A stretch of DNA of 39,633 nucleotides. Origin: Priapulus caudatus. Its lineage: Eukaryota. Position 1 is the stretch's first letter. Every line of letters begins with the position of its first letter. Location of the stretch: contig NW_014577078.1 in NCBI RefSeq assembly GCF_000485595.1, positions 592,188-631,820 on the forward strand. Direction: 5' to 3'. Shown here piece after piece: positions 10,377-22,896 of this stretch. The position numbers were made by a program, and so were the translations under genes. The notes beneath the pieces were generated by a model. It was not told the origin of the DNA. It searched no databases and saw nothing but the letters and a program-made list of their open reading frames with translations.

Positions 10377-13322
10377 GTGACGCTGGTGTTTCCTTTATCC
10401 GGCCGTGATCCTTGACGACAGGGTGCGCATGTTTTCCTTATTATTGTCTGACAGCGTGGCGCTTGCTGTTTCCTTAATTGTTCTGACAGTGTGCATGTCT
10501 ATTGCTTCGACGTCGCTGTGTTTCCTTTATTGTTCGACAAGGTGAGTCTGTGTTTCCTTATTGTTTCGCGACAGGTGAGCTGTGTTTCACTTATTGTGCA
10601 GACAGGTGACCTTGTGTTATCCTTATTCTTTCAGACAGGTTTGAAAACTGTTGTTTCCTTATTGTTCCGACACCTGGGTGACGCTGTGTTTCCTTATCTT
10701 CAAGGATTGCGCTGTCTATGTTCCGACAGGTGACGCTTGTGTTTCCTATATTGTTCCCGGACAAGGTGACGCTGATGTTTCCTTATTGTTCACGGACAGG
10801 TGACGCCAATTGTTTCCTTATTTGTATCCCCGAACAGTGACGCTGTTGTTTCCTTTATTGTTCCGCGAACACGTGACGCTGTGTTTCCTAATTTTCGGAC
10901 ATGTACCTTGTGCTTTCCTTATTGGACAGGTGACGCTGTGTTTCCTTATTGTTCCGCACAGAGTGACGGCTGTGTATTCCTTATTGTTCCGCGACAGGTG
11001 ACGCTGTGTATTCCTTATTAGTTCCGACAAGGTGACGCTGTGCTTACTTATTGTTCCGACAGAGTTAGATGCATGTGTTTCCATTATTGTTCAGACAGGT
11101 GAACGCTGTGTTTCCTTATTGTTCCGACAGGGTGACGCTGATGTTTCCTTATGTGTTCCGACATCAGGCTGACGTTAGGTTTCCTTATTTTGTTCGACAG
11201 GTGACGCTGGTTTCCTTATTGTTCCGCCGACAGCGGCGCTATGTCCTATATGTTTCGCCAGGATTATTGTTCCTTGTCGACAGGTGATCGCTGTGTTCAC
11301 TATTGATTCGCCGACAGGTGACGTACTGCGTGTGTTTCCTTATTGTTTCCGCCGACAGCGTGACGGCTGTTTTCCTTATTGTTCCGACAGTGAGCCTGCT
11401 AGTTTCCTATATTGTTCCGCGACAGGTGACCGCTGTGTTTTCCTTATATGTTGCGACAGGTGGACGCTGTGTTTCCTTATTTTCGACAGGTGACGCGCAT
11501 GTGTTTCTTTATTGTTCCCGACAGGTGACGCTGTGTTTCCTATAATTGTTCGCGACAACGTACTGTGTTCCTATGTTCCGACTGATGACTGTTTTTCTTT
11601 TGTTTCCGCCGACAGGTGACGCTGTAGTTTCCTTATTTGTTCCGACAGGCTGACGCTGTGTTTCCTTATTTGGTTCCGCCGACAGGTGATTGCTGTGTTT
11701 CCTTTCCGCCGGTGAGCTGTGTTTTCCTAGGTCGTCTGACAGGTGACGCTGTGTTTCCTTATTGTTCCGCTAGACAGGTGACGTTGTGTTTCCTTATTGT
11801 TCCGGACAGGTGACGCTGTGTCTTCCTTTTATTGTATCCGCGACGGTACGCGGTTCGAGCCGACACTGCGTGTGTTTCCTTATTGTTCTGGACAGGATTG
11901 ATCGCTGTGTTTCCTTAATTGCTTCCAACAGCCGTGACGCTTGTGACTTTCCTTATCTGTTCCGACAGGTCGACGCGTTGTTTCCTTATTGTGTCTCGCC
12001 GACAGGCTGACGCTTTTTTCCTTTTACTTGTTCCGCCGACAGGTGATTGCCGTGTTTCCTTATTGCTTCGACAGTACGTTGTTCCTAGTTCGAAAGGTGA
12101 CGCCTGCTGCTTTCCTTATTGTTCCGACAGGTGACGGTCCTTTTTGACGCGACTGTGTTTCCTTATTGTTCCGCCGACAGGTGACGCTGTGTTTCCTTAT
12201 TGTTCCGACAGGTGACGCTGTGTTTCCTTATTGTTCCGACAGGGTGATGCTGTGTTTCCTTATTGTTTCGACAGGGACGCTGTGTTTCCTTATTGTTCCG
12301 CGCCGACAGGTGACGCTGTGTTTCCTTATTTGCTTCCGCCGACAGGCTGACGGCTGTGTTTCCTTATTGCTTCGACCAGTGACGCTGTGTTTCCTTATTT
12401 GTTCCGACAGGTGGATCGCTGTGTTTCTCCTTATTGTTCACAGGTGTGGGCTGTGTTTCCTTATTTGTTCCCGCCGACAGGTGGCGCTGTGTTTCTCCTT
12501 ATCTTGTATCCGACAGTGACGCTTGTGTTCTCCTTATTGTTCCGACAGGTGACGCTGCTGTTTCCTTATTGTTCGCGACGGTGACGCTGTGTTTCCTTAT
12601 TGTTCGACAGGTGACGCTGTGTTTCCTTATATGTTCCGACAGGTGAACGCTGTGTGTTTCCTTATTGTTCCGGACAGGTTGACGCTGTGTTTCCTTATTG
12701 TATCGACAGCGTGACGCTGTGTGTTCCTTATTTGTTCCGACTAGGTGACGCCTGTGTTTCCTTTTGTTTCGACAAGCTGGCGCTTGTGTTACCTTATTGT
12801 TCCGCCGACAGCGTGCACGCTGTGTTTCCCTTGCATTCGTTCCGCGACAGGTGACGCTGGTTTCCTTATTGTTCCGACAGGTGACGCTGTGTTCCTTAAT
12901 TGTTCCGAACAGGTGACGCTGTGTTTCCTTATTGTCTGACAGGGTGACGCTGTGTTTCCATTATTGTTCCTGCCGACAGGTGATGCTGTGTTTCCTTATT
13001 GTTCCGCCGACAGGTGCATGCTGTGGGTTTTCCTTATATGTCGACAGGTGAACGCTTGTGTTTCCTTATTGATCTGACAGTGGCGCTGTGTTTCCTTATT
13101 GTTCTGACAGGTGCGCTGTGTTTCCTTCATTGTTCCGACAGATGACGACTTGTGTTATCGTTATTGTTCCGACAGGTGACGCTGTGTTTCCTTATTGTTC
13201 CGACAGGTGGCGCTGTGTTTCCTTATTGTTCCGACAGGTGACGCTGTGTTTCCTTATTGTTCTGACAGGTGACGCTGTGTTTCCTTATTGTTCCGACAGG
13301 TGACGCTGTGTTTCCTTATTGT
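10367..13322 (+). repeat. Minisatellite of a 31-bp unit GACAGGTGACGCTGTGTTTCCTTATTGTTCC, roughly 90-95 head-to-tail copies, no spacers
   Basis: Clean units start at 13202, 13233, 13264 and 13295 (period 31). The first unit overlaps the exon end and donor site at 10376/10377. Confidence 0.95.
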
Positions 13323-14774
13323 GGGATTGCGCGAGGGTCGGGACACGAGAAAAGCAGGCGGGAATATAAGCATATGGGTGACGTAGGGTCGTGTAGGTTA
13401 GCATGTAAGTTGTGTAGAGAAGCGTAATATAGGCAGGGTAACATGGGGTAATTTAGAGTAGTTTAAGGTAATGTTTGGTATTGTATGATTGTGCTGTGTA
13501 ACGTATGTATAATGTAGGAGAGGTAACCTGGACAGGGTACTCTGGATAACGTAGGGTAACGTAGAGAGAGGTTGGGTCATTAAATCATTTGTAATGACAA
13601 TTACAGAGTGGTACCATTTGGTAATTAAGGTAGGGGGTTGTAGTAATGTGAGGTAATGTGGATGTGTTTGGAAACGTAGCGTACGGTTGGATAACGTAAG
13701 CGACCGTAGAGTAACTAATAGGAAGTGTAACGTGGATAAAGATGACCATGTTCGGTTAAATTAAGTTCAGTTATTCAAGTGTTTCTTCGAAACGCGTGGA
13801 AGGCAATATAGACATTTTCTTTTATAGTCATCAATTTTGTTAACACTCGTGAAAATGCTCTCACCCCGTATACCGTAAAGCTGACCACCCAGCCACACAG
13901 CAGTTAAAGGAAATTCTGTAGTAGAAGAACAGGTCTAGTTAGTAGAGTCTCCTCTAGTTTACATCAATTGCTAAAGTTGCTCGGATATTTACCAACACGA
14001 GATGAATTAAAGAATCGGGGGAATCTCATTCAGGAAATCATTTTAGCCGTGGTTATGCACACATGAGTGATCATTAGATGCGAGGAAAAAAGCCAACACG
14101 GACACATCTCTCATTATTCTGTTTGGTTTTTAGCGAGGATAATTTGGCGATGGCGACAGAGAAGAGTATGGTCAACAAGAAACAGTTGAGTTCGGAATGC
14201 TGAAATTGTAGAGTGTTGTGTTTAGAGAGTTACCGCCCACCATCCACCCCGTCTCTATTATTTATATTCGTTTCGGCTACTCTATCTACTTTGGTTCTTG
14301 TTTGCATTTACGTATTGATGCGACCTCCCACGCCACCCCTAATGTAAAAATTGCATGTTGTGATCATATTATTTTCAATGTTTTTTTGCTCAGAGATTTA
14401 AGGCAAAATTCTGTTTGCATTGCTGTGCTGCTAGTGTGAGAGTTCCCAGCCGTTTGCTGTGTGACGTGTAGATTAGGGCCTACGTGTGGATAACTTTTGC
14501 CGGCTCGGTGTAGTTATGCAATAGTTTATAATAGCATCCTGTGCGTATTACAGTATTGCATGCGTTTATATGCGGCTGTAAATGTATGACCTTTCCCATC
14601 TCCCATGCGCTATAACATATATTCTATCAAACATAACATGACAAATAGTCACATCGTCATAACATGACATCTATTCGCACGGACGGCGTTACTGACATCG
14701 TTAGCTAGAATCGTTCATTGTCGCGCTGTTTGCCGAAACAGAACGGAATCCCCACCGGTATTTCATGTTATATA

Positions 14775-15082
14775 TGTGTGAGTGTGTGTGCGTGCGTGTG
14801 TGCGTGCGTCCGTGCGTCTGTGCGTGCGTGAGTACGTGTGTGCGTCCCGTGTGCGTGCGTGCGTCCGTGCGTGCGTTCGTGAGTTCTAGCGTGCGTCCGA
14901 GCGTTCGTGAGTTCGTGCGTACGTCCGTGCGTGCGTGAGTGCGTCTGTGCGTGCGTGCGTCTGTGCGTGCATGCCTGCGTCTGTGCGTGCGTGAGTTCGT
15001 GCGTGCGTGCGTCTGTGCGTGCATGCATGCGTCTGTGCGTGCGTGAGTTCGTGCGTGCGTGCGTGCGTGCATGCGTGTGTGT
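14775..15082. repeat. (GCGT)n-based simple repeat with GTGAGTTC and GTCTGT variants
   Basis: Direct reading. Confidence 0.9.
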
Positions 15083-15732
15083 CGAAGTGCATGAATAGAG
15101 ATTACATCCCGTTTAGTGAGAAGTGCTTTCTAGCGCTGCAATTGATTTCAAGGGGCCTCGAAATACACGTAGGTAAATAGCCGTTGAAAGCCGCTACGGC
15201 GCCATTCGTTGCCGTGGTGACGTATGCAGCGCCACGCCGCCCTTAGCGGCGTTGTAGCGGTAACCAGCTATATTTCGTATGCCATCCTTGACGTGACATA
15301 TCCAGATTATTAAATTGCCTGGGCTCATGGAATTTTTGGTTATATCCAAAAATCGCGTTTTTATGTTTATTTTCTAGGAATTCTCTAGTCTCTCGTCATA
15401 ATTTTCTAATTTCATTATTTTTTAATATTTTATTCTTTACAAATTAAACGTAAGATTAATAGTAATTGTATTAACTGTAACATTACCTTGTTCTCTTAGA
15501 CAGTTGACAGAAACATGGTAAAGTTACCATAACGCAGTGTATATAGACGTCCGGGGTACGAGAAACGTTTACTTTAACGTTGATGTTAAGACTTGAGGAC
15601 CCCAGCTAGGTCACTGGAAATGTATCATTTATCTTGTAAGTTAGTTGAAGGACGTGACTGACTCTCCTGCCCCTCTCTCCTTCTCTCTCTCTATCTCTCT
15701 ATGTCTATGTCTCTTCTCTGTTCCTCTCTCTT

Positions 15733-15805
<73 letters not shown>

Positions 15806-15894
15806 CGCTCTATATCTCAAACCCCCCCTCTTTCCATTGCTTGATCTACATTGCAACATGACATTGGCTACAACGCTTCCCCTCATACATACAG

Positions 15895-15983
15895 GCTGAG
15901 TACAGTCAACGAAGCCGAACAGAGGCTGGAGAGCGACGGCAGTGTCGAGATCATAGATGAACCCGAAACAAGAGAGCAGCAAG
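15895..15983 (+). CDS. SPATA1: SPATA1 homolog exon (LSTVNEAEQRLESDGSVEIIDEPETREQQ), phase 2 to 1
   Basis: catacag|G acceptor and AAG|gtcagt donor; 89 bp open; phases fit. Confidence 0.8.
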
Positions 15984-16126
15984 GTCAGTTGGGGGGAGGG
16001 GCAATGTCACGGCGATTACTGGGATGACTAGCGCCACCACACATGGATATGATCCAATACGTATGTGTATACGTATAAGTCGTCACTGGTAAAAAAATTA
16101 AAAATTCATAACAAGCATTATTCATA

Positions 16127-16258
16127 CAGCATGACAGCATGACAGCGTGACAGCATAACAGCGTAGCAGCATGACAGCGTGACAGCATAACAGCGTAGCA
16201 GCATGACAGCGTGACAGCATAACAGCATAAAATCATAAAAGCATAACAACATAACAGA
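16127..16258. repeat. 8-bp period repeat (CAGCATGA/CAGCGTGA/CAGCATAA)
   Basis: Direct reading. Confidence 0.85.
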
Positions 16259-17055
16259 ATTCATAACAAGTATGTCGATATCTTAGGGCCTTGGGAGTAT
16301 GAGCTAGTTTATCGACAGTTGTGATCTTTGAGAATGACCTGACATAGTAGCAATGTTTATGATCTTGGAGAATGAGCTACATTAGTATAAACACGGGTAA
16401 CCTTTGAGATTATGCAATATTAATGCGCCGATTGAATAACTTCGTAAGTGGTGAAAGAGTAACTTATGAGGAGATAACGAATATCACTGTAGAATTTGCA
16501 TACCCTGCAGAATTTATTAGGCAATTGCCATGATATGAAGTGTAGTGTAGAATCTCTTGTCGAAGTTTAATTCTACTTGGGAATAAGCATATGTTAAGAA
16601 TAAGGGATATAGGATCGTAGGCCTACGCTATTGTAGAGTATTAAATCAATGAGGGTTGGTAAATTATTGTTTGGCGTCCTGCTGTGGGAGTGACCTCGTA
16701 TGGCGGAACAATCGATAGAAGTTGATTAGCAAAGTGCCTTTTACCTGTTATCAATTCGTATATGATTGGTCTCAACACCCCGCATTTATTAATGTGACTG
16801 CATATTCATAATATTTTTTCTCATTCACTTTCTTTCCTAAACTGACACCTATTGAGTGGATGCATGTGCTATTTGTTTTTACATTGAGTTCATTATAATA
16901 CCTGAACAAGCAACTGTTGATTTTTCCTAAATTTGCGTAGCAGTGAGACTATTAGAAAATGCAAGCTGTACTGCGTGGTAGGATGTAGATCTCTGATCAA
17001 ACATGCGTCTTCGTTCAGACAAAGATTTACCGCCTTACACTGATTCTTTCCTTAG

Positions 17056-17181
17056 TTGACCACCTAAGAGCACAGTTAGAGTTTGCAAAGGAAGAATGTC
17101 GGATGATGGAGAGAAAGCGGGAAGAGTTGGTGAGGAAAGCGAAACAGTTGCAGAACCGCAGTGGCCAAAAGCGGAACCAAG
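17056..17181 (+). CDS. SPATA1: SPATA1 homolog exon, start of the C-terminal coiled-coil domain (DHLRAQLEFAKEECRMMERKREELVRKAKQLQNRSGQKRNQ), phase 1 to 1
   Basis: ttctttccttag|TT acceptor and AAG|gtaggc donor. The REELVRKAK motif matches my recollection of SPATA1 (REELVKKVK). Confidence 0.88.
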
Positions 17182-17699
17182 GTAGGCATGCTATGTGGGC
17201 AGTGGGTAAGAAATGACGCTGGAATTATACCTGCAACATGTATGCGGACATATTTGCAAAATGTGTATACAAATACACGTAGGGACAGTAAATATGACCG
17301 AGATTGTGGTGTTTACTTGTTGTATTACTATAGTATTAGTACTATTAGTATAACGAGTATTGCTTATTTGTAACCTCCCAGTACCTATGTATTCTGTCCC
17401 TAAATGGATAAGTAGCAGTGGTCAAATATAAATGTGTTGGACTCAAGGTTAGGTAAGATTAATTATAACCCGGTGCATTACATGTTGCTTAGGAGAGCAG
17501 CTGCTTGGTGGTTTGCTGCCGGGCCAATTTTCCACAAATACATCAAAGAATGCTTATCATTGTGCATATTCTTTCTAGAGTCACCAGAAAGTACTTGCCG
17601 TTATACCCATCATTGCCATATGCACTAAACAGTGATTGCCATCATGCCTATCCTTGTCAGATGCACCAAACCGTGATTGTCAGTTGTCATTAATGCTTA

Positions 17700-18050
17700 T
17701 CCTTACCAGATCCACCGCACGGTCCTTGCCATCCTTGAGAAATCTTGCCAGACCCACTACACGTTCCTTGCCATCTCTGAGCAATCTTGCCAGATCCACC
17801 ACACGGTCCTTGCCATCTCTCTGAGCAATCTTGCTAGATCCAACACAAAGTCCTTCCCAGATCCACCGCACAGTCCTTGCCATCTCTGAGCGATCTTGCC
17901 AGGTCCAACACAAAGTTCTTGCCAGATCCACTGCAGTGTCCTTGCCATTTCTGAACTATCTTGTCAGATCCACCACAAAGTCCTTGCCATTGTGTCCGTC
18001 CTTGCCATTGCGTCCATCCTTGCCAGATTCTCCACACAGTGCTTGCCATC
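17700..18050. repeat. Minisatellite of ~42-bp unit CTTGCCAGATCCACCACACGGTCCTTGCCATCTCTGAGCAAT, built from ~21-bp CTTGCCA subunits
   Basis: Direct reading. Confidence 0.85.
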
Positions 18051-18101
18051 GCGCTGAATGCTCTCCATCATCCTCTCTCTCTCTCTCCACACGTTCTCCA
18101 G

Positions 18102-18289
18102 CGCGCGACATCTGGAAGAGGCGCTACTTCGACGAGAAGAAGCGCACGCCAGCGCTCGAGGAGCAGAGCGGCAAGCTGCGGGGAGAGCTGGACGTCATCA
18201 GCCGACGCGTCATCGCGCAGCTAGAGAACGAAGCCACGTCGACGACGACGACGCAGCACCGGTCACGCGTAGAGAAGCCATCGAAGAAG
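18102..18289 (+). CDS. SPATA1: SPATA1 homolog exon (RDIWKRRYFDEKKRTPALEEQSGKLRGELDVISRRVIAQLE...KPSKK), phase 1 to 0
   Basis: ttctccag|CG acceptor and AAG|gtgcgg donor. ARDIWKRRYFDEKK is the diagnostic SPATA1 C-terminal motif (vertebrate WKKKYFETKKVT..LEE). Confidence 0.92.
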
Positions 18290-18294
18290 GTGCG

Positions 18295-18715
18295 GAGAAG
18301 GAGGAGGAAGAGAAGGAGGGGAAGGAGGGTGGAGAGGAGGAGGGGAGCGAGGGTGGGATGGAAATACGGGGAGGAGGATGGGATGAGATGGGAGGAGGGT
18401 GGGATGGAAGGACTGGGAGGGGATGGGATGGAAGGACGGGGAGTAGGGTGAGATGGCGGGACGGGGAGGAGGATGGGATGAGATGGGAAGAGGGTGGGAT
18501 GGACGGGCGGAGATAAGGGTGGGAAGTGAAGGTAGATATAGGATGGGAGAAGTTGGTAGAAGGGTGGGAAGAGAATAAAGTCAGATAAGAGGCGGGGGAG
18601 AGGGAGCGGGGTGTGAGAGTGGGAGGACGAGGATGGGATGGGGAGGGTAGAAGTGGGAAACGGTGAGGAGGGTGGAAGGACATAGAGGAACAGAGGACGC
18701 GGGAAAGGTGTAGAA
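18295..18715. repeat. Purine (G/A)-rich low-complexity tract with GGGATG repeats
   Basis: Direct reading. Confidence 0.85.
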
Positions 18716-20856
18716 AGCGGCGCTGGTCAGAAATATCTCCTCGTCGGGGTCGTCGGCCAAAACGGGGAATTTCAACAAACATTTTAGTCGCCACATGGTA
18801 GAAGGTCGTGGTTCCAAGCCGTTCTTGTTAGTCAGCTGGTCCTTCGGGCAATTAACGTACATATTTATACAGTTATCGCGCGAAAGAATAGGGGGGAAAA
18901 AGCCTGTAAACGCCGCACTACTAAACCCCTCACTAACCACACAACAGTTTCACCCGCCTCCCAACTTCGTCCGCATACTGCTGGTGCGAGTAATTTAGCG
19001 ATCGAATAAAGGTGTGAGTTACGGCCCGCTTGATGGTCGTACATAGCTTATTTCTCGCGATATATAGCGATAACTGTATAGCGATTGTTCGCCAAGGATA
19101 TTAGTTTTCTTGCTTCTAATCAATAGGTCGTCGACCCAGTAAGGTCTATTACCTGCTAGTCTCGCTGTCGGGCGACCGACAGCATTTTGACGTAGCTTAT
19201 GCCATGCGGATATATTTTTACTCGCGAAGTCATGCTAGTGTTAAATGTGGCGCAAGTTTTCGACGAGATGGAGAAGGAAACGACGAGCGCTCTTCGTCGC
19301 AGGAAGGGAAACAAAATTACTTGTTTGACTTTCACTCAAGATGTGAAATTAAATCGTCCGGAACAAAACAAAAAATCAACCGTGAATGACATGTGCGTTT
19401 TCTCTTTATATGTTCGTCTGTCAATAATAACGGAACCATTAACGTGTTGTAATAAGATTTTGTGTAGGACGCGACAGACAGCGAGCGCGCTGCGCTGTAT
19501 GGTTAGAATAATTCTGCAGATATTTTGTTGAAGGAAGGCTTTATTTTGTGAAGGCTTTTATTGAAACCCTGTTTGACTACATTTGCTCTACAAAATCTCA
19601 GCATGCTGTGGTATTCCAATCTCGTTTTTGGTTGACGACGGTTGTGCAAACGGTAATGCCTGTAGCATTTGGAGCCTAGCGGGTTCTATTAATTTCTACA
19701 TGCGACTTTCATGGAGCGTTTGTACAGATTTGCGTTCTATTTCAGGAGCAAATACGCATAATGGGCACCAGCCTGAGCTCGCAAAAGTCAGTAACAAATA
19801 GCAATGAGGACATGTATCTGGAAAACTTGCTTGTATGTTTACGTGCTTTTTAGCAAGTCACCACGCCTGACTGGACTGACATCCGAAAAATGCGGGCCCT
19901 ATTAGAAAGTTTAGACGCTTTCGAGTAAAAGCGGTCAGATATTTTTTCTGCGTAACTTGGGGGGGGTGCTTTACCATAACAGTTGTGTGCAGAACTAACT
20001 ATCATAACGTTATTCTCTGGCGGGCCATTTTGCTTCTTCTGCTTTTCAAAGCACATGACAGATACAGTATAATGGCACACGCCAGAATACTGTCTGGCCA
20101 ACTTTTGCTCGAAAACGCCTGATTGGGGTTCGATTTTCTGAATATCCGACTAGTCTATATAGTCTCAGTCGCACCTGCGCGTAGATCTGCTTTCCGCAAT
20201 GAGTTAATTCCGTCAAAGGGGTAATTACTCATCGTAACGGTGAGACGAAAGCTAGTGCTGCACATCACTGCCGAAGCTGTCACTACACGAGACAAAGCTG
20301 ACACTGCACACAGAGCTCCATCTAATGCTAATTATCACCTGCAGTTATGTAACACGGATAGGTTAATGATTCATTAGCGATCATAGCTTCGCGAGCATCC
20401 CGCGCTATTCGGCAATCACCAGCTGCACCGGTGAACAGTAATGGATAGTAATAACAGTAGTGCCTAAATCTCACTCAACGTCGGCGTGGTCACCCAGGCA
20501 GTCTGTACGCGTCCCGGATTGCGGTATAGCGATGCATCATATTATTATATATTATATAGATTATATACTTTTCTAGATTAGCTTTCAATTCGCGGTCGCT
20601 TTGGTGGTAGATGCTACCCGTGTCAGTATTGTTGTTGTCTGATAGAATCATTAGAGATTAGTTGTGTGATAGAGAATTCCTTTATCTTTTTTAAGTCACC
20701 CAAGTGGGGGCACATTTTAGATATACCCTTATGGAAAAACCTGTGAATGGTTAGTAAATCCTGGGCGTGGCTCTCACATCATATCACCGAGGTCTGGGAA
20801 TGGTTTCATTTTTATATCACCTTTTAATTTGATATCTATTGCATGCGTGTCTGCAG

Positions 20857-20955
20857 AACAACCAGAAGCTGTCTATCTTAAAGATGATGCAGGACATTGA
20901 AGACATAAAGAGACGCGTGGAAGATGCCAAGCTGAAGCTAACAGCAGAAGTTAAG
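20857..20955 (+). CDS. SPATA1: SPATA1 homolog exon (NNQKLSILKMMQDIEDIKRRVEDAKLKLTAEVK), phase 0 to 0
   Basis: gtctgcag|AAC acceptor and AAG|gtacat donor. Aligns by eye to SPATA1 ...IDQLKRKLDTDKMKLILEVK. Confidence 0.92.
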
Positions 20956-20966
20956 GTACATCTCAG

Positions 20967-21005
<39 letters not shown>

Positions 21006-21220
21006 TCTGGTGAAGAATGATGAGTCATGTTGGCAATCAGATTCAGATCAGTTGCCAGTTTAGGTTCACGGGTACGAATTTTCTATGGTAATAATTTAAT
21101 AAATCCAAAAACCTGGGCGATTGTGTTGATATTATGTTCCTGACATTAATTGCTTACTATGGGCTTATGTTATGAAGTCCACGGGAGTGTAATTGTTTCA
21201 TTATTCGAACAATTTAGTTA

Positions 21221-21290
21221 AACAGGAAGTAAATGAGCAATTGACCGATTTAAAAAGTTGAACGGAAGTTACGTTGAGATGTGGAAGTGG
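21221..21290 (+). promoter_or_regulatory. Cluster of three GGAAGT (ETS-type) motifs; candidate promoter of the intronic gene
   Basis: CAGGAAGTA, ACGGAAGTT and GTGGAAGTG within 70 bp upstream of the candidate exons. Motif evidence only. Confidence 0.25.
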
Positions 21291-21934
21291 CAGATCTTTT
21301 TCATTAATTTTTTACTATTTACAGTGAGGGCGGTAATCACTTTAGAGGTTTTCGGTTGAACACAGTCTGAGGAGACGCATGCGAGCATACTTCTACGTCT
21401 GACACAGGCATCTTGAACAACGAGAAGACCCATCTCTTGCAATGGACGGCCATTCAGCAGGGTGGCTGGAGACTGCGGGGCATGGCTGGCGGGAGTGATA
21501 TGAGATTACCAGAGGACATCCAGACAATCAGTTGCTCATAGCGAGGAGAGTGTTTAGATGGAAGCGAATACACAGTGACTGCGTTATGGGTAGCAATCAG
21601 GGGCCAACGGGGGAGGAACTTATAAGCCCAGGAGGTAGTGCACAGCCCCCTCAAGCGGTACAGTACAGTAAAGGAGCTAAATACAAGTTAATAAAATCAC
21701 GAGTAACACGCATGTTAAGGGATTCTTTCACGGTTGGTATTCATTCCCAGCACGGTATTTGTTGTCGTATTTTTCAGAGTGCTGATATATGTAGTAGTTG
21801 GTGTCAGTGCTTAAATGATTAACCTAAAGTGGTGATTGATCTTTGTTATTCCCAGCTTCTATTTACTGTGAATATATTCGCTGTTTGGTTATTTAGTGTG
21901 TTTTAATTTGTCTTGACGTTTTGTAAAATGGCAG

Positions 21935-21992
21935 GTGTGTCAAGAGTTGTTCGGCAGAAGGTTAAACTGAGCGGAAAACTGGACGCATGCAG
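21935..21992 (+). CDS. Candidate small 5' exon of the intronic gene (ends ATG CAG|gtaagt)
   Basis: Perfect donor CAG|GTAAGT. ATG at 21987 is in phase with the 22897 exon (MQ|LELKTEC...). The 5' boundary is uncertain. Confidence 0.3.
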
Positions 21993-22211
21993 GTAAGTAC
22001 AATCAGCTAGAGGGTGAAGTTGCGAGTTGAGACAGCAGCTTTATCAGGAGTGGACGCGATCTGAGGAGTGAAGGTAGTTAGATTAACCTGTTTAGCATTT
22101 AGTTGCTTATTCATATATGCAGCAATTGATGTAACAAGTACGTAAAGCGTTGCCCAGGGTCTTTTACAATGGAAATGCTAGGGGCATTATGTGATTTGCT
22201 GTTTTAATGTT

Positions 22212-22885
22212 GGATGCTGTCGTGTCGGGCTGTGATGGGTGGTGTTAACATCGTGATTATGTCCGTGTGTGATGGGTGGGTGTTAACGATCGCGGATCTT
22301 GTCGCGTCTGTGATGGGTGGTGGTGTACATCGGATACTGTCCGTTCGTGGGATGGGTGAGGTTTCTAATACCTCACGATGCTGTTGCCGTTGTGTGAATT
22401 GGGTGCGGTGTTAACATCGGGATTACATGCTCACGTCGTGTGTATGGGGGGGGGTTAAACATCGGCGATACGGTCACCGTCGTGTGTTGGGTGGGTGTTA
22501 CATTATGATGCTGTCTGTCGGTGTGATGGCGTGGGTATAACATTTGGGATGCTGCCTTGCGTCGATGTGATGGGGTGGCGGTTTCACATCGGGCACTGCT
22601 TTTGCGTCGTGTCATGGGTGGGTTTTAACATAAGGATGCTGTCGCGTCGTGTGATGGGTGGGTTTTAACATAAGGATGCTGTTGTGACGTGTCATGGGTG
22701 GGTTTTAACATAAGGATGCTGTTGCGTCGTGTCATGGGTGGTTTTACATAGGATCGTTCGCGTCTGTGTGATGAGGTGGTTTTTAACATAATGGATGCTG
22801 TCGGATGTGACGTGTCATGGGTGGGTTTTAACATAAGGATGCTGTTGCGTCGTGTCATGGGTGGGTGTTAACATTACGATGCTAT
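22212..22885. repeat. Minisatellite of a 40-bp unit GGATGCTGTTGCGTCGTGTCATGGGTGGGTTTTAACATAA, about 17 copies
   Basis: Units at 22634, 22674 and 22714. The last unit merges into the acceptor at 22896. Confidence 0.9.
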
Positions 22886-22896
22886 TCGCATTGCAG

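Noticed and set aside
10367..13322. CRISPR array (31-bp repeat, many copies)
   Set aside because: Units are head-to-tail with no unique spacers, there are no cas genes, and the context is a spliceosomal intron. Variation between units looks like indel noise.
18720..20800. Possible gene or transposon in the unique-looking intronic segment
   Set aside because: Only short ORFs with no recognisable motif; I could not identify TIRs, TSDs or a consistent exon chain.
21325..21657. Additional 5' coding exon of the intronic gene (…MGSNQGPTGEELISPGGSAQPPQA|gtacag)
   Set aside because: Composition is exon-like, but all frames contain stops and it cannot be joined in frame to downstream exons without assuming several indels.
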